Source of the DNA: Lama guanicoe
Taxonomy: Eukaryota
Direction of reading: 5' to 3'
NCBI GenBank assembly: GCA_013239625.1
Contig: MU053810.1
Coordinates: 877,320 to 941,319, forward strand
Length of the DNA: 64,000 nt
Each line of letters opens with the position of its first letter. The stretch's first letter is position 1. This document shows, in pieces, positions 12,363 to 31,422 of this stretch. The notes under the pieces were generated by a model. It worked only from the letters and a program-made list of their open reading frames with translations, was not told where the DNA came from and ran no database searches. Position numbers and translations under genes: made by a program.

Positions 12363-15300
12363 ATGTCTTCAGGGCCAGTGACCCAGGCTATGTGCGTTTC
12401 TTCAGGGTCAGTCACCGAGGCCAAAGATGTGACTTCAGGGCCAATAACCCAGGTCCAGGGTGTGCGTTCAGCAACAGAGACCCAGGCCCAGGGTATGCCA
12501 TCTAAGAAAGTAACCGAGGCCCAGGCTGTGATTTCATGCCCAGTGACATAGGCCCAAGGTTGCCTTCAGGGCCAGTGACCCAAGTCCAGGGTGTGCCTTC
12601 AGTGCCAGTGACCCAGGCCAAGAGTGTGCTCTCAGGACCACTGACCCAGGCCCAGGGTGCTACTTCAGGACCAGTGACCCAGGTCAAATGTGTGTTCAGG
12701 GCAAGTGACCCAGGCCAAGTGACCCAGGCCAGGGTTTGCCTTCAGTGCCAGAGACACAGGCCCAGGGTGTTTTTTCGGGGCCAGTGACCCAGGCCAAGTG
12801 AGCATCTTCTGCACCAGCGATCCAGGCCTAGAGAGCGCCTTCAGTGCTACTGACCAAAGCCCAGTGTGTGCCTTCTTTACCAACGACCCGGGTCCAGGGT
12901 GTGCCTTCAGCGCTAGTAACTCAGGGCCAGGGTGCACCTGTGTGCAAGCCACCCAGGCACTGGTTGTGACTTCAGAGCCACTGATCCAGATCAAGGGTGG
13001 GACTTCAGCGCCACTGACCCAGGAAAATCACGTGTGTTCTGAGCCAGTGACCCAGACCAAGGATGTGACTTCCATGCGAGTGACCCAACCCCAGGGTGGG
13101 CATTAACAAACAAAAGCCGAGGCCCAGGTTGTGCCCTCAGCACCAGTGACCCAGGCCAGGGTTTGCCTTCAGTGCCAGTGACACAGGCCCAGGGTGTTTT
13201 TTCGGGGCCAGTGACCCAGGCCAAGTGTGAGTCTTCAGGTCCAGTGACCCAGGTCAAGGGTGTAACTTCAGGACCACTACTAAAGGCCAAGCATGGGCCT
13301 TCAGGGCTAGTGACCCAGGCCGAGGTTGTGACTATGGGGCCAGTGACACAGTCCCAGGGTGTGCCTTCAGCGCCAGTGACCCAAGCTCAATGTGTGCCTT
13401 AGGGGCCACTGACCAAAGCCCAGATGTGCCTTCAGGCCAGACACCCAGCCCTAAGGTGTGTCTTCAGGACCAGTGACCTAGGCTGTGTGTGTTTCTTCAG
13501 GGTCAAGACCCAGACCAAGGGTGTCCGTTAGGCATCAGTGACTCATGCCTAGGGTGTGCCTTCTACGAAAGTGACTGAGGTTCAGGGTGTGCTTTCATCT
13601 CCAGTGACACAGGCCAAGGGTGTGTCTTCAGCGCCAGTGACCCAAGTCCAGGGTGTGTCTTCAGCGCCAGTGATCCAGGCCCATGGTGTGTCTTCAGGGA
13701 CAGTGACTCAGGCCAATGGTGTGACTTGAGGGCCAGTGACCTAGGCCAAGAGTGTGTCTTCAGGGCCAGTGACCCAGGCCCAGGGTGCTAATTCAGTGCC
13801 AGTGATTGAGGCATAAATTGTGCCTTCTGCATCACAGACACAGGACCATGGGGTACCTTCAGGGCTAGTGACCCAACCCACAGTTTGTCATCAAGGCCAG
13901 TGACCCAGCCCAGGGTGTTTCTTCATGGCCATCGACCCAGGCAGAGGGTGTGTCTTCAGGGCCAGTCACCAAGGACAAGTGTGTGTCTTCAGTGCTAATG
14001 ACCCAGGTCAAATGTGTGCCTCATGACCAGGGACCCAGGCCCAGGGTGTGCCCTCTGCACCAGTGACCCAGGCCCAGTGTGTGTCCTCTGCACCAGGGAC
14101 CCAGGCCCAGGGTAAGGCTTCTGCACCAGTGACCCAGGCCCAGGTTGTTTGTTCGGGGCCAGTGACCCAGGCCAAGAGTGTACCTTGAGGACCAGTTATC
14201 CTGGTCCAGGGTGTGACTTCAGAGCCAGTGACCCAGGTAAATGGTAAGACTTCAGCACCTGTGACCCAGGCCCATGGTGTGCCTTCCAGGCTAGTGACCA
14301 AAGCCCAGTATGTGCCTTCTTTACCAGTGACTCAGGTCCAGCGTGCGCCTTCAGCATCAATGACTCAGGGCCAGGGTGTACCTTTAGCGCCAGTCACCAG
14401 GGTAAGGCTTCTGTGCCAGTGACCAAGGCCCAGGGTGTTTTTTCAGGGCCAGTGATCCACGATAAGTGTGTGTCTTCAGGGACAAGGACCCAGGTCAAGG
14501 GTGTGACTTTAGGGCCACTAACCTAGGCCAAGAATGTGCCTTCAGGGCCAGTGACACAGTCCCAGGGTGTACCTTTGGCACCAGTGACTGAAGCCCAGAT
14601 GTGCCTTCAGGCCACACACCCAGGCCCAGGGTGCGCCTTCAGGGCAAAACCAGGTCCAGGGTGTGCCTTCAGTTGCAGTCAACCAGGCCCAGGGTGTGCC
14701 TTCAGTTGCAGTCAACCAGGCCCAGGGTGTGCCTTCGGGGCCAGTGACAGAAGCCCAGATGTGCCTTCAGGCCAGAAACCCAGGCCTAGTGTATGTCTTC
14801 AGGGCCAGTGACCCAGGCTAAGTGAGTTTCTTCAGAGTCAGTGGCCCAGGACAAGTATGTGTTCCAGGGCCAGTGATCCAGGCCCAGGCTGTGTCTTCAG
14901 GCCCAGTGACCCAGGCCCAGGGTGCTAATTCAGGGCCAGATTCCTAGATCAAGTGTGTGTCTTCAGGGCCAGTGTCACAGGCCCAGTTTTGTCGTCGGTG
15001 CCAGTGAACCAGATCCAGGGTATGCCTTCAGCTCTAGTGACCCAACTGCAGCGTGTGCCTTCTGCCCCAGTGATGCAGGCCCAGGGTGTGCCTTCAGCGC
15101 CAGTGACAAACGGCCAGGGTGTGGCTTCAGGACCAGTGACCCAGGTTCAGGGTGTGCCTTCAGCACAAATGACTCAGGGCCAGGGTATGTCTTCATGGCC
15201 ACTGACCAAGGCCCAGGGTGTGTCTTTAGGGCCAGTGACCCAAGCCTAGTGTGTGTCTTCAGGACCAGTTACCCTGGTCCAGGGTATGACTTCAGGGCCA

Positions 15301-16183
15301 GTGACCCAGGCCAAGGGTGTGACTTTGGCACCAGTGACCAAAGCCCAGATGTGCCTCAAGCCAGACACCCAGGCCCAGGGTGTGTCTTCAAGGCCATTGA
15401 CCTGGGCTAAGTGTGTTTCTTCAGGGCCAATGACGCAGGCCCAGGGTGTGCCTTCTGCACCAGTCACCCAGGCCCAGGGTAAGGCTTCTGTGTCAGTGAC
15501 CCAGGCCCAGGCTCTTTTTTCTGGGCCAGTGACCCACAACAAGTGTGTGTCTTCAGGGCCAGTGACTCAGACCAAGAGTGCGTCTTCACGGTCAGTGACC
15601 CAGGCCCAGGGTTGCAACCAGTGCCAGTGATCCAGGCCCGGGGTATGCCCTCAGCCCCAGTGACACAAGCACAGCATGTCACTTCTGTGCCAGTGACCCA
15701 GGCCAAGTGTGTGTTCAGGGCCACTGACCCAAGCCAAGTGTGTGTCTTCAGGGCCAGTGACCCAATCTAAGCGTGTTTCTTCAGGGACACTGACCCAGGC
15801 CAAGGGTATGCGTGCAGCACCAGTGACATGGTCCCTCGGTGTTTCTTCTAGGAAAGTGACCGAGGCCCTGGGACTGCTTTCATGTCATGTCACACAGTCC
15901 CAGGGTGTGCCTTCAGGGGCAGTGACCCAGGCCCCCGGGTTCTTCTGAAGGCCAGTGATGCAGGCCCAGGGGATGGCTTCTGTGCCAGTGACCCAGGCCC
16001 AGGCTGTTTTTTTAGGGGACAATAACCCAAGCCAAGAGTGTGTCTTCAGGGCCAGTGACCAAGGCCAAGAGTGCGTCTTCTTGGCCAGTGACCCAGGCCC
16101 ACGGGGTCTTCTCAAGGCCAGTGACCTAGGGGATGGCTTCTGCACCAATGACCCAGGCCCAGGGTTGCCATCAGCGCCAGTGA
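12363..16183 (+). repeat. 33-bp tandem repeat array, left arm of palindrome (~115 degenerate units)
   Basis: Recurring CCAGTGACCCAGGCCCAGGGTGTGCCTTCAGGG with ~33-nt period; broken ORFs translate to PVTQAQGVPSG repeats. Confidence 0.95.
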
Positions 16184-17258
16184 ACCCCGCCGCCCCCTCA
16201 CCGGGTGGTCCCACGATCTTAAAGTCGCGGGTGAAGGTGTCCCAATGCCAGAAAGACCTTAGGTGGCACCTGGGAAGGACCTGGAAGGACTGCACGGGGC
16301 GGAGACCGACGCAAGGGGCCAGTAGGTAGCGCCAGAAAGCAGACAGGACCGTTGGGCGAGCCGGGCCCCTGGCGAGCCAGGCCGGGAGAGCGGAGAAGTT
16401 TCTCCCCAACTTCCCGACTCTGAGCTGGCGAGGGCGGGTGGGAGTGGCGCGCCCGGGCGCCGGGGCCGGGGCCGGCCGCCTTCGCCCGCGGGTTGCGTGG
16501 AGGGGGCGGCGAGCGGAGGCGAGGCCCGCGGGCCCTCTCCCTCCTCCACCTCCAAGCCCCGGGTACCCGGCCGCGGAGACGACTGCACAGCCGACCGCGC
16601 AGTAGCTTCTTCACCGGGAGTGAACTCCCGGGCTCTGCTCCTTCGCGGGCAGGGGCTCGGAGGGACTTCCGGTTTGCGAGCCGGGCGCGCGCGAGGGTAA
16701 ACGGAAGTCGCGCGCGCGACCCGACGGCAAACCGGAAGTCTCGCGCGCGCCCGGCTCACAAACCGGAATCCCGTCGCGCCCCTCCCTGCGAAGGAGCAGG
16801 GCCCGGGAGTTCATTCCCGGTGAAGAAGCTACTGCGCAGTCGGGTGTCCGGGGTTTACGAGATGGAGGAGGGAGAGGGACCGCGGGTCTCGCCTGCGCTC
16901 GCCGGCCCCTCCACGCAACCCGCGGGCGGAGGCGGCCGACCCGGGCCCCGGCCCCCGGCCCCGCAGCGCTAGGCCCCGGCGCCCGGACGCGCCACTCCCA
17001 CCCGCCCCCGCCAGCTTAGAGTCGGGAAGTTGGGGAGAAACTTCTCCGCCCTCCCGGCCTGGCTCGCCAGGAGCCCGGCTCGCCCGATGGACCTGTCTGC
17101 TTTCTGGCGCTACCTGCTGGCCCCCTGCGTCGGTCTCCGCCCCGTGCAGTCCTTCCAGGTCCCACTCAGGTACCGCCTAAGGTCCTCTTAGCGTTGGGAC
17201 ACTCCGACCCGCGACTTTAAGGTCGTGGGACCACCCGGTGAGGGGGCGACGAGATTCA
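16182..17258. promoter_or_regulatory. CpG island made of a head-to-head duplication; putative bidirectional promoter
   Basis: Very GC- and CpG-rich. 16182-16695 is the reverse complement of 16740-17258 (roughly 85-95% by eye). ETS sites ACTTCCGGT 16665, ACGGAAGT 16701, ACCGGAAGT 16731, ACCGGAAT 16762; CGCG runs; GC boxes. Confidence 0.8.
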
Positions 17259-20200
17259 CTGGCACTGATGGCAACCCTGGGCCTGGGTCACTGGTGGAGA
17301 AGCCATCCCCTCGGCCTGGGTCACTGGCACTGATTGTAACCCTGGGGCTGGGTTACTGGCCGTGAAGACGCACTCTTGGCCTTGGTCACTGGCCCTGAAG
17401 ACACACACTTGGCTTAGGTCACTGGCCCTGAAAAAACAGCCTGGGCCTGGATCAGTGGCGCAGAAGCCATCCCCTGGGCCTGGGTCACTGCACTGATTAA
17501 ACCCCTGGCCCTGGGTAACAGGCCGTGAAGACGCACTCTTGGGCTGGGTTACTGGGCCTGATACACAGCCTGGGCCTGGGTCAATGGCCTTGAAGATGCA
17601 CTCTTGGCCTTGGTCACTGGCCCTAAAGACACACACTTGGCTTAGGTCACTGGCCCCGAAAAAAACAGCCTGGGCCTGGGTCACTGGTGCAGAGCCATCC
17701 CCTGGGCCTGCATCAGTGGCCTTGGGAAGACCCCGGGGGCCTTGGTCAATGGCCCTGAAGACGCACTACTCACCTTGGTCAGTGGCCCTAAAGACACACA
17801 CTTGGCTGGGTCAGTGGCCCTAGAGACACATCCTTGGCTTGGGTCACTGGCCCCGAAAAAACTGCCTGGGCCTGGATCAGTGGCGCAGAAGCCTTCCCCT
17901 GGGCCTGGGTCACTGGCCTTCAGAAGAACCCAGGGGCCTGGGTCACTGCCCCTGAAGGCACACCCTGGTACTGTGTGACATGACATGAAAGCAGTCCCAG
18001 GGCCTCGGTCACTTTCCTAGAAGGAACAGCGAGGGACCATGTCACTGGTGCTGCATGCATACCCTTGGCCTGGGTCAGTGACCCTGAAGAAACACGCTTA
18101 GAATGGGTCAGTGACCCTGAAGAAACACGCTTAGATTGGGTCACTGGCCCTGAAGACAGACACTTGGCTTGGGTCAGTGGCCCTGAACACACACTTGGCC
18201 TGGGTCACTGGCACAGAAGTGACATGCTGTGCTTGTGTCACTGGGGCTGAGGGCATACCCTGGGCCTGGGTCACTGGCAATGATTGCAACCCTGAGGTTG
18301 GGTCCCTCGCTGTGAAGACACACTTCGTCTGGATCACTGGCCCTGATACACACTCTTGGCCTGGGTCACTGGCCCTGAAGATGAAGTTTTGGCCTTGGTC
18401 ACTGGCCCTAAAGACATATGCTTGGCTTTGGTCAGTGGCCCTAGACACACACTTTTTGGCTTGGGTCACTGGCCTCGAAAAAACAGCCTGGGACTGGGTC
18501 ACTGGTGGAGAAGCCATCCCCTCGGCCTGGGTCACTGGCACTGATTGCAACCCTGGGCCTGGGTCACACTGGCCGTGAAGACGTACTCTTGGCCTGGGTC
18601 ACTGGCCCTGATACATACGCTGGGCCTGGGTCACTGGCCGTGAAGACACACTCGTGGCCTTGGTCACTGGCCCTAAATATGCATACTAGGCTTTGGTCAG
18701 TTGTCCAAGTGACACACCTTTTGCTTCGGTCACTGGCCCAAAAAAAATAGCCTGGGTCTGTGTCACTGGTACAGAAACCATCCCCTGTGCCTGGGTCACT
18801 GGCCTTGAGAAGACCCCGGGGTCCTGGGTCACTGCCCCTGAAGGCACACCCTGGTACTCTGTGATATGACATGAAAGCAGTCCCAGGGCCTCAGTCACTT
18901 TTCTAGAAGGAACACCGAGGGACCGTGTCACTGGTGCTGCATGAATACCCTTGGCCTGGGTCAGTGACCCTGAAGAAACACACTTAGACTGGGTCACTGG
19001 CTGTAAAGACACACACTTGGCTTGGGTCAGTGGCCCTGATCACCCACTTGGCCTGGGTCACTGGCACAGTAACACGATGTGCTTGTGTCACTGGGCTGAG
19101 GGTATACTCTGGGCCTGGGTCACTGGCACTGATTGCAAACCTGGACCTGGGTCACTGGCCGTGAAGACACACTCTTGGCCTGGGTGACTGGGCCTGATAC
19201 ACATCCTGGGCCTGGGTCACTTGCCTTGAAGACATAGTCTTGGCTTTGGTCAATAGCCCTAAAGACACACACTTGGCTTTGTTCAGTGGCCCTAGAGACA
19301 AATCTTGGCTGGGTCACTGGCCCTGAAGACACACGCTTGGCTTTGGTCAGTGGATATAGAGACACACTCTTGGTTTGGGTCACTGGCTCTGAGAAAACAG
19401 CCTGGGCCTTGATCACTGGTGCAGAAGCCATCCCCTGGGCCTGAGTCACTGGCCCTGATACACACCCTGGGCCTGGGTCAATGGCCTTGAAGACGCACTC
19501 TTGGCCTTGGTCACTGGCCCTAAAGATACGCACTTGGCTTAGGTCACTGGCCCCGAAAACACAGCCTGGGCCTGGGTCACTGGTGCAGAAGCCATCCCTC
19601 TGGGCCTGAGTCACTGCCCTGGAGAACACCCTGGAGGCCTGGGTCAGTGACCCATAAGGCATACCCTGGGACTGTGTCACTGATGCTGTACGCACACCCT
19701 TGGCCTGGGTCAGTGACTCTGAAGAAACACATAGACTGGGTCAGTGGCCCTGAACATACACTTGGCCTGGGTCACAGGCACAGAAGTGACATGCTTTGTT
19801 TATGTCACTGAATCTGGGAGCACACCCCGGGTTTGGGTCACTGGCCGTGAAGACACACTTGTGGCCTTGGTTACTGGCCCTAAATACACATACTAGGCTT
19901 TGGTCAGTTGTCCAAGTGACACACTCTTAACTTGGGTCACTGGCCCCGAAAAAACAGCCTGGGCCTGGATCAATGGCGCAGAAGCCATACCCTGGGCCTG
20001 GGTCACTGGCACTGATTACACCCCTGGGCCTGGGTCACTGGCCCTGAAGACATACCCTGGGTCTTGGTATCTGGCCTGAAGTCACATCTGGGCTTCGGTC
20101 ACTGGCTCCAAAAGCACACCCTGGGCTTGGGTGACTGGCACTGATGTCAAACCCTGGACTTGCTTTGTGGTCCTGAAGTCATACCCTTGGTCTGTGTCAC

Positions 20201-22947
20201 TGGACATGAAAGCACACCCTGGGCCTCGGTGACTTTCGTAAAAGGCAACTCCTCGGCCTGTGTCACTGGTGCTGAATGCATACCCTTTGCCAGGGTCACT
20301 GGTCGTGAAGACACACCCTGGGCCTGAGTGTCTAGCTGAAAGCACATCTGGGCTTCAGTCACTGGCACTGAAGGCACACCCTGGGACTCTGTCACTGGCC
20401 CTTATGGCACATTCTTGGTCTGGATTAGTGGCTCGAAAGTCACACAGTTGATCTGGGTCCCTGGCCCTGAAGACACACACTTGTCGTGGGTCACTGGCCC
20501 TGAAAAAACACCCTGGGCCTGGGTCACTGTTGCAAAAGACATATCCTGGGCCTGGGTCATTGGTGCAGAAGGCACACTCTGGGTCTAGGTCACTGGCACT
20601 GAAGGCAAACCCTAGGTCACTGGCGCTGAGGGCACAACCTGGGCCTCGGCTTTTGTTTGTTAATGCCCACCCTGGGGTTGGGTCACTTGCGTAGAAGTCA
20701 AATCCTTGGTCTGGGTCACTGGCTCAGAACACACGTGATTTTCCTGGGTCAGTGGCCCTGAAGTCCCACCCTGGGCCTGGGTGACTGGTGCTGAAGGTCC
20801 ACCCTGGCCGTGAGTCATTGGTGCTGAAGGCACACCCTGGACCTGAGTCACTGGTAAAGAAGGCACACGCTGGGCTCTGGTCACTAGCGCAGAAGGCACA
20901 CCCTAGGCCTGGGTCGCTGACTCTGAAGTCATATCATTTACCTAGGTCACTGGCCATGAATACACAGCCAGGGCCTGTGTCACTGGCCTTGAAGACACAC
21001 CCTTGGCCTTGATCACTGGCCCTGGAGACACACACTTGGCCTGTGTCACTGGCACTGAAGACACTCTTGGCCTTGGTCACTGGCCCTGAAGACACTCTTG
21101 GCCTTGGTCACTGGCCCTGGAGACACACACTTGGCCTGTGTCACTGGCACTGAAGACACTCTTGGCCTTGGTCACTGGCCCTGAAGACACTCTTGGCCTT
21201 GGTCACTGGCCCTGAAGACACACCCTGGGCCTTTGCCTCTCTCCTTGAAGACAGGCCCTGCTCCTGGGTGACTGGCCCTGGAACACATACTTGGCCTGTG
21301 CTACTAGCCCTGAATTAGCACCCTAGGCCTGGGTCTATGGCCCTGATGACACACTCTTGGCATGGGTCACTGGCCCTGAAATCACACCATTGGCCAGGGT
21401 CACTGGCCCTGAAGGCACACACTGGGCCTGGGTCACTTGCCCTGAGCACACATTTTGCCTGGGTCACTGGTCCTGAATTAGCACCCTGGGCCTGGGTCAC
21501 TGGTGCTGAAGGCACACTCTTGGCCTTGGTCACTGACCTTGAAGACACATGATCTGCCTGTGTCAATGACCATGAAGACACAGTCTGGGCCTGTGCCACT
21601 GGCCTTGAGAAGAAACTGTGGGCCTAGGTCACTGACCCTGAAGGCATACCATGGTCCTGAGTCACTGGCGAAGAAGGCACATCCTGGGCCTGGGTCACTG
21701 GGACTGAAGGCACAACCTGGGCTTGTGTCATTGGCGCAGAAGGCACGTGCTGGGCTTGGTTCACTGGCGCTGAGCACACTCTGGGCCTGGGTCACTAGGC
21801 CTGAAGACGCACCCTGCACCTGCGTCACTGGTGCTGATGGCAACCCTGAACCTGGGTCACAGGCCCTAGAACACAGAGTTGGCCTGGGTCACTGGCTCTA
21901 AATTAGCACCCTGGGCCTGGGTCGCTCGCCTTGAAGACAAACCGTGGCCCAGTGTCACTGGTCCTGAAGGCACACCATGGTCCTGGGTCACTGGCACAGA
22001 ACGCACAACTTGGGCCTGTGTCACTGGCTTTGAAAACACACCCTTGTTCTGGTTCAGTGGCCCTGAATACACACCCTGGACCTATTTCTCTGACCATCAA
22101 GGCATACCCTAGGCCTGGGTCACTGGCCCTGAAGGCACACCCTGGGCCAGAGTCACTGGTGCTGAGGGAACAACCTGGACCTGGGTCACTCGTCCTGAAG
22201 GCACCTCCTGGGCCGGGGTCATTGGCCATGAAGATACACCATTGGCCTGGGTCACGGAGGCTGAGGACGCACACTGGGCCTGGATCCCTGCCGCTCAAGG
22301 CACACCGTGGTCCTGGGTCACTGGTCCTAAGGCAAAATCTGGCCCTGGGTCATTGGCCCCAAAGATACACCCTGGGCCTGTATCACTGGTCCTGAAGGCA
22401 CACCCTGGGCCTTGGTTACTGGCCCTGAAGGCACACACATGGCCTGGCTCACTGGCCCTGAAGACACACCATTGGCCTGGGTCATGGGCCCTGAAGACAC
22501 ACAATGGGCCTGGGTCACCGTAACTGAGCGCACAACGGGGCCTAGGTCACTGGCGCTCAAGGCACACTCTTGGCCTAGGTCATTGGTGCTCAAAGCACAC
22601 CCTGATCCTGGGTCACTGGCCCTAAGGCAAAATCTGGGCCTGGGTCCCTGGCCCTGAAGACTCATACTTGGCCTGGGTCACCTGCCCCGGAAAAGCACCC
22701 TGGGCCTGGGTCACTGGTGCAGAAGGCACACCCTGGGTTTGCATCACTGGTTCTAAAGGCAAACCATGGTCTGGGTCACTGGCACTGAGAGCACAACCTC
22801 GGCCTCTGTCTTTGTCTGTGAACACCCACCCTAGGACTTGTTTACTGCCGTAGAAATCACAGTCTTGGCCTGGGTCACTCACGCAGAACGCACATGTTTG
22901 TCATGGGTCAGTGGCCCTGAAGTCCCACCCTTAGCCTGGGTCAGTGA
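17257..22947 (-). repeat. 33-bp tandem repeat array, right arm of palindrome (~170 degenerate units)
   Basis: Recurring CCCTGGGCCTGGGTCACTGGCCCTGAAG, the reverse complement of the left-arm unit; variant blocks are shared with the left arm. Confidence 0.95.
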
Positions 22948-23818
22948 CCAATAGGCACATGAAAAGAAGCTCAGTATCGGTGATTATCAGAGAAATGCAA
23001 ATCAAAACTACATTGAGGTATCACCACACACGGGTATGAATGTCCATCATTAAAAAGTCTACAAACCATAAATGCTGGAGAGGGTGTGGAGAAAAGGGAA
23101 TCCTCCTGTACTATTGGTGGGAATGTAGTTTGGTGCAGCCATTATGGGAAACAGTGTGGAAATTTCTTAAACAACTGAAATTAGAGTTACCCTATGATCC
23201 AGCAATCCCACTCCTGGGTATGTATTCAGAGGGAACTCTTAATCAAAAACATATATTCACCCCAATGTTCATAGCAGCACTATATACAATAGGCAAGACA
23301 TGGAAGCAACCTAAATGTCCATCAACAGATGACTGGATAAAGAAGTTGTGATGTATTTATACAACGGAATACAACTCAGACATAAAAAGTTATAAAATAA
23401 TGACATTTGCAGCAACATGGATGGACCTGGAGATTGTCATCCTATGTGTAAAGTAAGCCGGAAAGAGAAAGACAAACACCATTGATATCATTTATATGTG
23501 GAATCTAAAATAATGACACAAATGAACTTATTTCCAAAAAGAAATAGACTCACAGAGATAGAACAAATTACCAGGAGGGAAAGGGGGTGAGAAGGGATAA
23601 ATTGGGAGTTCACTGTTTGCATATACAAACTACTATATATAAAATAAACAACAATGTCCCACTGTATAGCACAGGGAACTATAGTCAATATCTTGTAATA
23701 GCCTATACTATAAAAAGAAGGTGAAAAGAATATATATAGGTATAACTGAAACACTATGCTGTACACCAGAAGTTAACACAGCATTGTAAACCGATTATAC
23801 TTCAATTAAGAAAAAAAT
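22948..23818 (+). mobile_element. L1 3' end (ORF2 C-terminus + 3'UTR)
   Basis: ORF 23040-23351 reads [39 protein letters not shown]-rich tail; abuts the array with no visible TSD. Confidence 0.92.
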
Positions 23819-24108
23819 AGAGAGAGAGAAACTGAATTAGACCAAAGTCTTAACTGAGAACCATGCTCCTAGCTGATTCCCCAGAGGTAAAAGGTACCTC
23901 TCAGAACACATGTGATACCTGTGCTGGTGGGGGGGCACGTGCGCGCATGTCCATGAACAAGTCAAATTGTCCCAATAAACTGAGTCCTGTAGGATGGGCA
24001 CGCATTTCATTCGCCTTCAAGAAGTGTTTCTTGTATTAACTGAATCCTGGGGGGATGGGCGCCAGGGACAAATCTGGGGCTGGGTAGGCTATGGGTCAAA
24101 CCACATGC

Positions 24109-24189
24109 CCACCAACGGAAGCTCCACCAACGGAAGCTCGGCCAACGGAAGCTCCAACATCTGGGCACGAGCAGCTGGAGCTCCAACGG
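24109..24189 (+). promoter_or_regulatory. 15-bp triple repeat with CAACGG (MYB-type) motifs upstream of PTCHD3
   Basis: CCACCAACGGAAGCT twice plus CGGCCAACGGAAGCT (24109-24153) and a fourth CAACGG at 24184. Confidence 0.45.
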
Positions 24190-24232
24190 ACTCCCTTGGA
24201 ATTCCTCCAGGAAACTGTCAGGAGGGGTGGAG

Positions 24233-31422
<7,190 letters not shown>

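Noticed and set aside
16219..16972. Arg/Pro/Gly-rich ORFs in the CpG island
   Set aside because: Expected from stop-codon scarcity at high GC; mostly non-ATG starts; indels between the two arms; no recognisable protein.
12330..22882. Many ORFs with mucin-like 11-aa repeats (PVTQAQGVPSG, or PWAWVTGPEGT on the other strand)
   Set aside because: A by-product of a 33-bp GC-rich unit. Frames break within ~190 codons through stops and 31/32-bp units, and no splice structure or unique domain is visible. Origin from a decayed coding repeat cannot be excluded.
12363..22947. CRISPR-like periodicity of ~33 bp
   Set aside because: Head-to-tail degenerate units with no unique spacers, no cas genes, and a mammalian context.
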